Source: Mobula hypostoma
Lineage: Eukaryota
DNA length: 64,000 nt
Direction of reading: 5' to 3'
Assembly: GCF_963921235.1 (NCBI RefSeq)
Contig: NC_086108.1
Span: 24,428,001 to 24,492,000 of the forward strand
Every line of letters begins with the position of its first letter. The stretch's first letter is position 1. The notes below the pieces were generated by a model, which was given only the letters and a program-made list of their open reading frames with translations, did not search any database and had not been told where the DNA came from. Below, in pieces: positions 36,962 to 49,765 of the stretch. Position numbers and translations under genes: made by a program.

Positions 36962-37445
36962 CAGTACTGCGCAAAAGTCTCAGTCACATATATATAGCAC
37001 AGTATTATATTTGTTAATATGGAGCAGAGAATGAGTGCAAAGTATGTTGGGAATGGTGAGGATACAGTACTGTGGGAGGGATGTTGGGGCAGGTAGCAGA
37101 AAAGAAGTGCCAGGGCAGGGTGGGAGAGGGGAGTGGAATTTACTGGCTCGGGTACAGACATGCACAGCCCTGAGGCACCAGACGAGGTCACTTGATTGCA
37201 AACAATTGGTTTATTTATCATTACAGAATGTCTCTCTGGTGCTTTCTGCTCTCTCCCCACTACCTTCCCCTTTTCCCAACCATGATTCCCCTTGCCCTGC
37301 CCCCTTCCCACTCCCAGTCCACACTAGAGATCCATATCAGGATCGGGTTCATTATCACTCATTCGTCATGACATTAATTACTACAAAAGTCTTTGGCGCT
37401 CTGGCTATATACAGTATATGTGCCTAAGACTTTAGCACTATATTG
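36962..37445. mobile_element. Tc1-type MITE with composite interior
   Basis: TA|cagtactgcgcaaaagtctcagtcac ... gtgcctaagactttagcactatattg form imperfect TIRs. The interior is shared with 14272-14680. Confidence 0.7.
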
Positions 37446-39877
37446 CAGAGGGTCAGTAATCTCATTATCCCGTATTGCATACATTTTGGTGTTCGGCTTG
37501 TGCAAAATCTTGTTGCAAAATAGGAATTCAGATTGTCATTGCTTTTCTATTTCTATGTTCATTCATTCATAGGAAGTAAAGTTTACAGGAAATTAATAAG
37601 GGAGAAAAATACCAGCTCTAACCTCTGAGCCAAATTGAATAGATATGTCTTATGGTGACTGTATGAAAATGAGTACAATTTTTGTTTTAAATCACAGGAT
37701 CCTATTCATAAACAGAAGCAAAAAAAGATTTTGTTTGGTTCACTACTTAACTTGCTTGACATGAAATTTGATATGACAAGGAAAATTGCTTTTCATATTC
37801 TTCATGAAAAATTAAAAGAGACATATAAGGGTGAAAATAATATACACCAAGAACAAATGTAATGCATTCTTCGTACTGAGGACAATACTACTACTTTCCT
37901 ACAGATCTAGTACATCACTACTACTGCCGACAATGTTTAGCATTGCATATTGGACTGCCACCAATTACCCCCCAAAAACTTCAGCAAGTTCAGTACATCT
38001 ATGAACGCACACATAACTGCAGAAGACCCAAATCTATTGGTACATTTTGCTATTGTAACCTGACTTATCTTGAATTGATTGCAATGGACAAAAAGTTGCC
38101 AGGAATTAATATAATTTTGAATTATGTTTCATATATTTAAGCTAATTTAAATATTTTTATATGTTTTAAAAGTAATATTAAACCTTTTTCCCCCACATAC
38201 AGTAACTTGTTTATTCTCTTATAGTTTTAGATCATGTCCGAATGTTTCTGAATGTCAGAAACTTTCACATTTTTAGAAATAAAGCCACAGTTAGTAATTC
38301 TAAACATTATTGGCAACATGCGGCACTCTGCTTCCAAAATTCAATACCGTTTACATCAAGGAGAACAGACTCAATAATATATATTGTTACTTTATAGCAC
38401 TCCTAATGAAGGATATACTTCCAGATAAGATAAGCTAAGCAAAGTGGTTTGGCTAATCATTAAATGTTTTATTTGTTCGGTAGTTTTCAAGTGGATCCAA
38501 CTGTGTACTTGTAGCAATGTTTATCAGTTACATAGTATATAGAAATATAATTTATGTGCTTGCTAATTCTTCTCCTCCAAGCCAGCAGATGGCAGAATGC
38601 TTTTGAAGGATCATCTTCTACCACTGTTTTTGATCTTTGTCAAACATCATTTTGGTTTAATTCTGTAAGGGACGTGCTGACAGACATGTAGACTGAGCAG
38701 TGTTGAATAAAGGATGAAACTCAGTTTCAACCATTGTTTGCATGTTAAAACAAACACAGTATTTTCCCCTTCCCTTGAAGTTGACAGGATATACATGTGG
38801 GCAACCCTGCTGTCATCCCGAGGGATCTAGCATTGTACAAGCAACATGTTCTCATTGAAGGATGCAGCCGGACAGTGTTGGAAGTAAGCTTTTTGTTATC
38901 TACTGTAAGTGACATAAATGTTCAAAGCATTTTGGGAAAACTCATTTTGTCTATCTTAATAGAAATCAGTATCTCTCTGTGAGATTAACAAAATAAAATA
39001 AAACTGGACACGAGTGAAGATCAAGAGAAGGTGAAATTTTCATGCTGGACTATTTCATTGTTTTCGTATAATGCTAATAATTATTTCAAAGAAGAATACA
39101 TTTTTCTTCTGAAATGCAATTCACTGGAAAGATATTCAGAAGAAAAGGATTCAATAGACAAATCACTAATTCTGAAGTAAATAATTCCAGGATTATTGAT
39201 GACTTCATTGTAACCAGTGATGAGAGTGGTTTCAGGTCCTAGGTAACAGGCGATGAGCAAAGATAACATGTAGATAGCAAAGACCAATAGAAGGGGGCTC
39301 CTGAAAGCAGCATCATCAGTACAAGATTCGAAGATTGTAAGGCCAGTTGAAGAGAATGCCAGAGTATGGAATCACAGGGGAAGAGTCAAAGACTGACAAC
39401 GTGGATGTGAGTTGACAACAGCACTGCTGAATTTATCAGATAACACACAGCTGAATGAAGAGTATATTATCACTTAAAACTCAGCAATGTAGATGTCAAA
39501 TATGAAAAAAAATTATATAAAATTTCAAAAGACAAATCTGACCAATTTAGCACAAAAATCCAGATACCAAATACCATGACTACTCAGAGTTTCCAATTCT
39601 TTTGGATCACCAATCTCTGAGGAAATTTGAGGAGTTGTTAAAGAGTAGAATCTTGCAGAACAAGAAATCTAACTGCAGAAAAAGATGAAGAACAAGATTG
39701 AGAGGCACCTGAATAAGTTATATTCTTAATATATGACCAAGCTTTACATTTCCAAACAACATTCTAATCTTTATCAACAGTTCACTGGTTTACGCAAAGG
39801 TGAGGATAACATATCCTCCATTGAGTTCAGTCAAGATCAGTTGCCTGGAATCGTGATTTTTTTAAATTTTGAGAATT

Positions 39878-40305
39878 TGGAATCGGAATCAGGTTTAATA
39901 TTATCGACATATGTCATGGACATTTGTTGTCTTTGTGGCAGCAGTGCAATGCAGTACATAATAATGGAGACAAAGCATGAATTACAATATGTATATAAAA
40001 TAGTTAAATTAAATGAGTAGTGCAAAAATAGAAACAAAAAGTAGTAAGGATGTGTTTATGGGTTCAATGTCCATTCAGAAATCAGATGGCAGAGGGGAAG
40101 AAGCTGTTCCTGAATCATTGAGTGTGTGTCTTCAGGCTCCTGTACCTTCTCCCTAATGGCAGCAATGTGAACAGAGCATGGCCTGGGTGATGGAGATTGT
40201 TATTAATGTATTCCACCTTTTTGAGGCATCGCTCCTTGACAATATCCTGCATGCTATGGATACTAGTGCCCATGAGGGAGCTGACGATGATTTCAACTCT
40301 CTTTA
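39878..40305 (-). mobile_element. Rex1/Babar-type LINE 3' fragment
   Basis: HPGHALFTLLPLGRRYRSLKTHT, with tail ggaatcggaatcaggtttaat on the plus strand. Confidence 0.8.
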
Positions 40306-41179
40306 CCAATGTAATTAGTCCAAATATAAGGGATATCAGATTTTGTTACTATTCTGACTTAATTATAACATACAGTATTGCAGTGTATATCTTGCAAACA
40401 TTTGTTAGCACATACTTTAAATCAATGCAACGTCACAACATTAAAAATGAAAATTTCTGAATAATGGGCTGAATTTCTTTGAAAGTAGCCTTGAAACTTC
40501 TTCAGTCCTCCGGGAACTGACCATGTTCAGTGCTCAAGTTAGAAAGGACAAAATTTTATATTCACTCTTGCCTATCCCCTTAATGTCAAAGGATTTAGCT
40601 CAGTTATTGTCACAGCCAGAGTTTGAAGAAGAAAGAACAGGTGATCTCAGTAAATTATGAAGCCCTGCTGTAGAAACTGATGGCTTTGCCCAATTACATT
40701 TGGAATATTAATCAATTTGAAAGGTGTAGAGTGGTGTGCACACAGGATTAATTAGTCTGGTCAGGTATCAACTTTGAACAACTTTATTTAAGAGGCACTC
40801 AAAGAAGTGATGTTAAAGCAGAATAGATCTATAAGACAGTAGAGTTCTAATTACACTGCATCAAAGACATTAATTTGGCTGGGATGACAAGACCTCTAGA
40901 GGATATCAAAGTTATCTTCGGCAGAGTAATGTTCCAGAGAAGGGAAATCAGATGATTTTTTTTTACTGTGACTATTTAAATCCTGAGGATCTTCTGAATA
41001 CAAATCCATTAAGAGTAGGCTTCCTCATGAAAAGTAAGATACATAGTAAAGGCACAATTGCATGCACAGAGTGGCTCCAAGGCCTCATGTAAGTTTAGTT
41101 ACAGCAGGATAGGTCAGAGGATTCAGAGTTGTAGTGAGTTAAATTACCCACTACCAGTTCAGATGCTTGATCATGTAGG

Positions 41180-41940
41180 ATTATACCTGTTCCTGAACAA
41201 TGGTGAAGTGGCACCTAAGGATCCTGCACTCCTGCTCCAAAGGTAGTAGTGAGAAGAGAGCATGGCCTAGATGGTGGATGCTGCTTTCTAGTGGCATCAC
41301 ACATGCAAATATACTCAGTGGTAGGGAGGGCTTTGCCTGTGATGGCCCACCATCAACAATAATCATCTGTAAACAGTTCACAATCTCAGTGTTAACCTGC
41401 AGCAGTCTGCCGCTCACCCACAGCCACACATTGAAGGCAGTTGAACTCTCCATAGCAGGGTAGTACATGAAACGCGGTCGCAGGAAGGCAACATCCATTA
41501 TCAGGGGACCCTCACCATCTAGGCCATGCTTTCTTCTCGCTGCCGTCATCAGGAAGGAGGAACATGAGCCTCAGGATCCATACCACCAGGTTCAGAAACA
41601 GTTACTACCCCTCCGCCATCAGGCTTCTGAACCAAGGGGTTCAGCCACATCATTGAAATGACCCCACATCCTATGGACTCACTTTCAAGGACAATTTATC
41701 TCATGCTCTCAATACTTATTGCTTATTTATTTATTTATTTATTTATTTTGTTTTGTATTTGCTCAGTTTAATGAATTCTGCACACTGGTTGAATGCCCAA
41801 GTTGGTGTATCTTTCATTGATTCTTTTATGGTTATTATTCCATTAAGGACTTACTGAGTAGGCCTGCAAGAAGTTGAATCTCATGGTAGTGTATGGTGAC
41901 ATATATGTATTTTGATAATAAATTTACTTTGAACTTTGAA
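41180..41940. mobile_element. Rex1/Babar-type fragments (minus ~41180-41345, plus ~41440-41940)
   Basis: HHLGHALFSLLP-type coding remnants in both orientations. Tail aataaatttactttgaactttgaa. Confidence 0.7.
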
Positions 41941-41974
41941 ATCTTAGCAATTCCAAATATCACTGTTACTCATA

Positions 41975-42375
41975 GTCATAGAGAAACATAGTGCAAAACA
42001 AGACCTTTAACTCACTAAATCCCTGACAACCAACATCACCTAGTTCACAGGGCAACCAAATCTATGACAACCAACACCACCCCATTTACAGGATACCAAA
42101 TCCATGACAGCCAACACTACCCAGTTTACATGACAACCAGCACCACTCTGTTTACACTGCATTAATTCCATTTTTAAAAAAAACTCTTCAACATTCTTGT
42201 CAACTCTACCCAGATTCTACCATCCTCCTGCACAACCAGAAACAATTTACAGTGTTCGATTAATTTAAGAAACCAGTGAACCCAGAGAAAACCCATTATG
42301 ATCCCAAGGAAAATGTGCAAAAAGACCACACAGACAGCAACAGGGTTAGGATTAAAACCAGCTCACTGGAGCTGC
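41975..42375 (-). mobile_element. V-SINE with an internal ~40-bp tandem expansion, interrupted by a Rex LINE (head continues at ~43281-43320)
   Basis: Four units starting tgacaaccaac at 42025-42156. SINE sequence ...cactggagctg|caaggtagtagctctactaactg is split by 42376-43280. Confidence 0.6.
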
Positions 42376-43280
42376 ATCCATCACCACCACCCTCCACCTG
42401 GACAGAAAAGACACATACGTTCGAATGCTGTTCATAGACTTCAGTTCAGCATTCAACACAATCATTCCTCAGCACCTGATTGGAAAGCTGAGCCTACTGG
42501 GCCTGAAGACCTCCCTCTGCAACTGGATCCTAGACTTCCTGACTGGGAGATCTCAGTCAGTCCAGACTGGAAGCAGCATCTCCAACACCATCACACTGAG
42601 CATGGGGGCTCCCCAGGGCTGTGTGCTCAGTCCACTGCTGTTCACTCTGCTGACCCACGACTGTGCTGCAACACACAGCTCGAACTACATCATCAAGTTC
42701 GCCGATGACACGACCGTGGTGGGTCTCATCAGCAAGAACGATGAGTCAGCATACAGAGAGGAGGTGCAGTGGCTAACGGACTGGTGCAGAGCCAACACCT
42801 GTCTCTGAATGTGATCAAAACAAAAGAGATGGTTATTGACTTCAGGAGGACACGGAGTGACCACTCTCCGCTGAACATTGACAGCTCCTCCGTTGAGATC
42901 ATTAAGACCAGACTGTGCAACAGTTTCTTCCCCCAAGCCATCAGACTCCTCAATACTCAGAGTCTAGACTGACATCTACATCATTTTTTATTATTATATT
43001 GTAATTTGTCCTCTACTGTGCCTATTGTCTTGTTTATTAATTATTGTAATGCCTTGCGCTGTTTTGTGCACTTTATGTAGTCCTGTGTAGGTCTGTAGTC
43101 TAGTGCAGTTTTTATGTTGTTTTACGTAGTCTAGTGTAGCCTTGTGCTGTCTCACATAGTTTAGGGTAGTTTTGTGTTGTTTCATGTAGCACTAGGATCC
43201 TGGAGGAACGTTGTTTTGTTTTTACTGTGTACTGTACCAGCAGCTTATTCTTGAAATGACAATAAACTTGACTTGACTTG
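42376..43280 (+). mobile_element. Rex1/Babar-type LINE, young, internally deleted
   Basis: [18 protein letters not shown]...[13 protein letters not shown]...[14 protein letters not shown], jumping at ~42905 to TRLCNSFFPQAIRLLN. Tail aataaacttgacttgacttg. Confidence 0.9.
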
Positions 43281-43369
43281 CAAGGTAGTAGCTCTACTAA
43301 CTGTTCCACTGTGCCAACAGAGCTCAGATTAATTCCACATGACCACCAATACTAAATGTAAATATGGAA

Positions 43370-43880
43370 TGCATAAGGATGAGGCTACATTTGGAGTACC
43401 GTGAGCACTTTTGGGTCCCATATCTAAGAAAGGATTGTCTCATATTGGAGAGGGTCCAGAGGAACATTATCAGCATCATTGCAGGAATGAAAGGGTTAAT
43501 ATACGAGGAGTGTTTGACGGCTTTGAGCCTGTACTTGCTGGGATTTAGAAGAAAGACGGGTAAGCTCACTGAAACCTTTCAAATAATGGAAAGCCTAGAC
43601 AGAGTGGATACGCAGAGGCTGTATCCACAAGATGGGAGATTGAGCACACAACCACAAAATAGAAGGACACCCCTTTAGAACAGAGATGAGAAGGAATTTG
43701 TTGAGCCTAAGGCTGGTGAATCTGTGGAATTCACAGATCTGTGTAGAGCAAGTTATTCACTATATTCAAAGGTTTATGGGAGAAGGCAGGAGAACGGAGT
43801 TGAGAAGGAAAATAAATAAGTCATGATTAAATGGTGGAGCAGACTTGATGTGCTGAAAGGTCTAATTCTGCTCCTGCCTT
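43370..43880 (+). mobile_element. CR1 LINE 3' fragment
   Basis: RLHLEYREHFWVPYLRKDCLILERVQR, with tail ctaattctgctcct. Confidence 0.85.
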
Positions 43881-44662
43881 TTGGACACACTGTTATTTTT
43901 CATCAAAAGGGATAATCCCCAATCCATTAAATTAAAACAAGATTGTTGCAATCCTTAACCTCTGCAAGCCTCACAAATTCCTTTAAAGATTACAGCTCAT
44001 ATCACATTCATTCTCCAAGCTAGTGGACAATATCTCTCCCACCCTACCTCTCCAGCTCTTTGACAAGGGCAAATTTGGACCTTGGTGGAGCTGATGTGCA
44101 CAGGTTGTGTCCTCACCACCCCGGAGGTGACTTCAACATAAACAAAACATCAGCACGCCAGTGAGCTCCCTGTCCATGGCTTACTGTTTGACACCAATGT
44201 TCATTACTGAAGACTGTCAAGACATCAGATGCCTTATGACTGTAAAATGACTCAATTCCCTGCAACTCATTGATGACACAACTGCAAATGATGTACAATC
44301 ATTGGCAGACCTCAAAAATGCATCAGCACAATCTTTATTGAACATGGAGATGAAATTTGAAATTTTTGAAAATAATATCAATAACAGCTGGAGAGAAACA
44401 CCCTATGTTTGTAACATGTTTTGCAAAGTGAAGCATGCATTTTGCTTTAAGGCACAGTTTTCGATACTGTAGCTATTATGCAGACAACACTGACTGCTCA
44501 CATTTGCTTGCAGATATACATTACAGTGTTAGTCAATAACATGACTGGACTACCTCATGGTAGAAAGAGAGGAGCCCAGAATACTATAAACACAGGCAGC
44601 AACTGGCAGCTTAGAATCTGATGAACTGCAGTTTATTTTCTTTGGTGCTGTTGACCACAATT

Positions 44663-45850
44663 TTAGATTCAGATTTATTTATCGTAAGTATATCAAAACA
44701 TACAGAGAAATGTGTCGTTTGCATTAACAGCCAACACACTCAAGGATGTGCTGGAGATAGACCTCAAGTATTGCCATGCATTCCAGTGCTAACGTAGCAA
44801 AACCACAATGTTCAACATGACAACACAATATACCACATTGAACACAAGCAGCAACAACAACAAAACAAGCCTCTTTCCTACCTGCCCATCCCTTCACACC
44901 CAGAGGCTTTGAACTGCAGGATAGATGATCTCTGAGGCACCAGTTCCTGGCCTTGGACTCTAAAATTCATAGACATTTAGTGGGTAACCTCCAGTCTCTG
45001 GCCCGGACAGACCCTCTCTCTCTGGATTTACCAAATTCAGTCTTTCTACCTCCAGGTTCGCTGAGCTCTGGACTTCGACAACCTCTGGGCATCGATCTCA
45101 AGATGTGCTGATCACAGGGTTGACCTTCTTCGGGCCTCAACGCCAGGCTTGAACTTTGCACCTTGACCCCAGGATTCATGAATCATGAGTTAGGCCTTTG
45201 GGCCTTGACCCCAGTTCTAGCTAAACAGCAGTTTTACCTCCAGGCTTTGACCAACCTAACTAATGGGATCGTAGACCTTTGACTGCCCAGTGCTTTGGGC
45301 CTTGGTTTCTGTACTCATACAGACCTCAGATCCTGATAGCCTGGGGTGTTACTAGCCCTTGTGACTTGTGCCTATATGGACCTTTGACTCAGGATTCGGC
45401 AACCCTGGGACCACTAGTCTTCTCAGCACCTGTCCATCCAACCTGACCTCAGGTTCATGACCTTCAAATGCAGAGCTTTCTAACCTACATACCAAACACA
45501 GCTTTCTGACCCAGATTCTTCATCCTTGTCCGTAACTCCTAACATGACCCCTAATTAATCACACTCTCCTCCAAACCATTCCTACAAACCAAAAACAAAA
45601 AACAGGTCTGAGCCATGGCAATAACAGATACCACAGCTCGGCACGAACTTGACCCAATCCTCGGCTTCTGCCCCTGTTTCTTCCTTTACTGCCCCAATCT
45701 CTTACTCTCACTCATCCCTGTTTCTAAACCTTAACCTGACTTCTATCTCCCCACAGTGTCCACAAAACCACCCTACAAAGCTCAAACAATCTACCAAACC
45801 TGAGCCAGAACCCCACAGAAAATAAATCTACAAAACCACCATGTCAAGAA
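44663..45850 (-). repeat. Non-coding LINE-tailed repeat with degenerate internal tandem motifs
   Basis: Tail ttagattcagatttatttatc. Many ggccttgac/ggactt-type motifs at 44940-45480. Duplicated head-like blocks at ~45500-45655 and ~45715-45850. Confidence 0.45.
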
Positions 45851-46375
45851 TTGCCTGGAAAAAGAAATTTGCAGTGTAACCTGGGACATCTTAGTTGATA
45901 GGGCAGCAATTCACAGTGGGAGATTATTTACTTACAATGACACAGTAGGTCCTGAGGCACACCAATCTCATCAATCCCTTTTGCCTTCATTCTCTCTCAG
46001 ACCTATCAATGAATATTTGCCACTTCTGTGCATTAAAGCATAACTTGCAGTGGCCCATTCACTTATGTCTTTAGGAGGAGGGTGGAACTGTAAAACCCAT
46101 GAAGTTAGAGGAAGGATGTGTGAACTCCACGCAGAAGGCATTTAAGATCATGGTTGAATTCAGGTCTCTAAAACAGTGAGATGTCTACTGTAACTGCTAT
46201 AACTCTATGTTGGCCGTGAATACAATCAACACCCTTTGACATGCCTCCAACTGCTAAATCAGCAATTGAATAACACTCCACTCAACATAACAGGATGCCA
46301 AAATAAACACCAATTTCATGTCTCTGTATCATGGTAAAAATATTATGCTTTTATATACTTTCTTGTCAATGATAG

Positions 46376-46455
46376 ATAGAAACACAGAAACATAGAAAAC
46401 CTACAGCACAATACAGGCCCTTCAGCCCACAAAGCTGTGCCGAACATGTCCTTGC
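46376..46455 (-). mobile_element. Short CR1 3' tail near the astn1 exon
   Basis: atagaaacacagaaacatagaaaacctacagcacaatacaggcccttcagcccac. Confidence 0.75.
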
Positions 46456-46648
46456 CTGGTAAATGCAATTAGAAAATTCTCCTCTTGGCGTGTCAGTTAA
46501 CAACTGCCTTACCACTTGGACAATGCCCATAGATTGAAAAGAAAATGCTACATCTTTGCATAAAGAACAAAAGTAGGAACCATAATGTTCTTCAATTCTG
46601 TACATTGTCATAAGTTTGTAAGCAACAAAACAGAAAATTAAATCATAC

Positions 46649-46840
46649 CTGAATGTCCCAACAAACACTTGTCCAAGTGCAAGCTCCTTAGTCTGGTTAT
46701 TGTAACCATAGAAGACATCCCTAAACCAGGTCTGATTTAGAGAAATGTTGGCATCAGCACAATCTGTACCACCGGTGCAGGATTCAGAAATCAGCTGACA
46801 CATCCGTCCATCTGAAGCTAGTTTGTAATCTTCAATACAA
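46649..46840 (-). CDS. astn1: Internal coding exon of astrotactin-1 (end of an EGF-like module and following linker)
   Basis: Minus strand reads ttttcttcag|T TGT ATT GAA...GGG ACA TTC AG|gtatga, giving a 192-bp phase 2-2 exon. It translates as CIEDYKLASDGRMCQLISESCTGGTDCADANISLNQTWFRDVFYGYNNQTKELALGQVFVGTFR. This matches recalled vertebrate ASTN1 ([21 protein letters not shown]...[30 protein letters not shown]) better than ASTN2. Confidence 0.9.
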
Positions 46841-47986
46841 CTGAAGAAAAGAAAAAAAATTGATTAATCATAATAAATGGAAGAAAACATAACTTTACCT
46901 TTATTTAAAACTGCAGGTCATACAAATTAAAAACAATATCCTAATACCAAAAGAGATTTTTAGAATCACCTAGAAGTGAGAAGCTAAAAAAAAAGAGAAT
47001 TGAACTGTTTGGAGACATCATTATTTGGGTAAATATACATCTTTTATTTCAACTCTATTACTAAAGAGCTGGAAGCCTAATTTTCATAAAACCAAGGAGT
47101 TAGACTATCAACTTCTTGTTTGACTTGAGTTATCAGTCGTGAATCCTTGATGCATTTGGCCAATGATGAAGAATCATTAACCTGAAGCATTAACTTTGTT
47201 TCCTTTCCCTTGTATCGAATCCAATGCTGTTGAGAGTCTTCAGCATTATTGTATTTTCAGATTTCCAGCATCTGCAGTTTTTGCTGCAATTTCCAATGAC
47301 TGAACATGTCCATATACATGCACATCATAATTCCTTAACTTCCGAATTATGTGCCTTAAAAGTTCAGTTTTTCCAACTTCATTATAAAGCAAAAGTATTC
47401 ATGAAAAATTATGTTAAATATTTTGTTTTTTTTTGTGATTGCAAGTAAATTGTGTTACCATGCCTATCATACTTAACTAAGAGGATTAAGTAAGAACAGT
47501 AACCTTATGTTGATAATGGAGCACTAGCCTTTTGGCATACTTTGTGATAAGAGGAGCTCCTGCTCAGATTTTCTTATTTTTCCTGGTTGATGAATGTCAA
47601 TAATTATATTTCTGTAACATTTTAAAGACAACTCCAACTTACTTAGCACTAATTGCAAAAGAAATATGAGAAGTCATGAATCAATGATAACACAAAATTA
47701 TATTAACTTTGCAAAACAAATGCACTGCAACCATATGTACATTTTCTGATCAGACATGATTTCACATTTTTCTTTCTCCTAGTCTGAGTATTTTCAGAAT
47801 TTCTGTTATTATTTTGGATTTCCAACATCTGAAGCACTTTTTTTTTGAAGATATTCATGTATCATTTCACCTTTAACTTGGAACTTTTAATTTTATTCAC
47901 CTTTGAGTCTCAGTTTATCCGAGCACTTGGCACTTCATTTTAAAGGTGATCGTAAGCTGAAATCAAAAGGCAATGACTGTTCCTAC

Positions 47987-48212
47987 TTCCATTTTATTTT
48001 GCAAGTTTCTAATTCTGTGGACAATTTAATTCTTTGCTAGCTAAAATCCAAAAATGGAGTTAAATCTATTATAGCCAGAAAGGTTTGAATTTTACTTTAG
48101 ATCCACTTTATTCTGCAAGTTTCTAATTCTGGGGACAATTTAATTCTTTACTAGCTAAAATCCAAAAAATGGAGTTAAGTCTATTATAACCAGAAAGGTT
48201 TGAATTTTACTT
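47987..48212. repeat. Tandem duplication of ~114 bp of unique sequence
   Basis: tgcaagtttctaattctg...ccagaaaggtttgaattttactt occurs at 48000 and 48114 with few mismatches. Confidence 0.9.
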
Positions 48213-48501
48213 CCCCCAAATGAAATGATTTCAGAATCTGTCACAATTATTAGCAACAATGCCGTACTCCAACATTTATGAGAAGTATCATGGAATGGAC
48301 CATGTCCTTTTGCATAGTCGAAGCCATTTAATTCTCTCATTATAATATCTATGTGCTCTTTTATGTTGCTGTTTCCAAAAGTTAATTAATAGAATAAAGT
48401 TTTCAACAGCTTTATAGATGTCAGTAGCTTAAAAGTAACAGCAGCATCCAGTTCCACAATGCATCAAAACATAGCACTTCCAGGGAGCACTGATAAACAT
48501 A

Positions 48502-49133
48502 GAAACACACAAAAAATACTGGAGGAACTCAGCAGGACAGGCAACATCTATGGAAAAAAGTGCAGTCGATGTTTCAGGCCAAAACCCTTCAGCAGGACAG
48601 GAGAGAAAAAAAAGCTGAGGAGTAAATTTGAAAGGTGGGGGGAGGGGAGAGAGAAACACCAGACAATAGGTGAAACTTGGAGGGGGAGGGATGAAGCAAA
48701 GAGCTTGGAAGTTGATTGGCAAAAGAGACAGAAGACCACGGAAGAAAGAAAAAGAAGGGTGGAGGGAATGGACCACCAGAGGGAGGCGATGTGTGGGCAA
48801 GGAGATAACATGAGAAAGGGTCAAGGCATAGGAAATGGTGAAGAGGTTGGTGGGGGGGGGGGTGGGTGAAGGAAGGCATTACTGTAAGTTTGAGGAATCA
48901 ATGTTTATACCATCGGGTTGGAGGCTACCCAAGCGGAATATAAGGTTTTGCTCCTCCAACTTAAGCGTGGCTGTATCCCGACAATGGGGGAGGCCATATC
49001 GGAATGGGAATGGGAAGTGGAATTAAAATGGGTGGCCACTAGGAGATCCCACTTATTCTGGTGGACGGAGCGTAGATGGTCGGCGAAGCGGTCTCCCAAT
49101 TGACGTCGCATCTCAGCGATATACAAGAGGACA
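48502..49133 (-). mobile_element. 5'-truncated Penelope-like element (GIY-YIG end + pLTR) with 14-bp TSD
   Basis: LLYIAEMRRQLGDRFADHLRSVHQNKWDLLVATHFNS. TSD cactgataaacata at 48488-48501 and 49134-49147. Hammerhead variant CTGCTGA..GAAA. Confidence 0.9.
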
Positions 49134-49299
49134 CACTGATAAACATAAACCACTTGAAGCAATTTCAATGTCTGGCAGTACACTCTGTTTTTAAAAGGTA
49201 CCCTTACACATTCTTTACTTCTCATTTACGAAGGAAAATACCTACACAGATAAAAAAAATAATGCATCAGAGGCATGTGCTGAACCTTTAACACTTCCA

Positions 49300-49765
49300 T
49301 ATGAATGAACATACAAATTAGAAGAGTGAAAAAGATGTCTTCTCTGCCTAAATAAATCTTTCTTAAGTTTTAGATTTGTCCACAAGTGGAAACATTCTCT
49401 CCACATCCAACGTGCCAAGTCTCCTTAGGATCTCGTATTTTTATCAAATACCCTCTTAATCTTCTAAGTTCCGTCAGGTATTACCCATGCTTGTCCAATC
49501 TTTCCTCAGAACACAACCTTCTCATTCCAGGCGTTAATCTAGTAAATGTTCTTTGAATGTATCCAAGATATTAGATTAGATTATGAGAACTCTCAGTCCT
49601 CTTTTATTGTCATTTAGAAATGCATGCATGCATTAAGAAATGATTCAATGTTTCTCCAGAGTGATATCACAGAAAACAGAACAAACCAAAGACTAACACT
49701 GACAGAACCATATAATTATAACATATAGTTACAGCAGTGCAAAGCAATACCATAATTTGATGATA
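49300..49765 (-). mobile_element. Decayed CR1 fragment followed by a Rex-type 3' UTR (49571-49765)
   Basis: CR1-like ggaaacattctctccacatcc..., then a (tagat)n tail with ttttattgtcatt. Confidence 0.55.

Noticed and set aside
42025..42156. CRISPR-like repeat array
   Set aside because: These are imperfect tandem units without unique spacers, inside a SINE in vertebrate DNA.
46366..46803. 145-aa ORF as a complete gene
   Set aside because: Only 46649-46840 is exon. The rest is read-through past the GT donor into intron and a CR1 tail.
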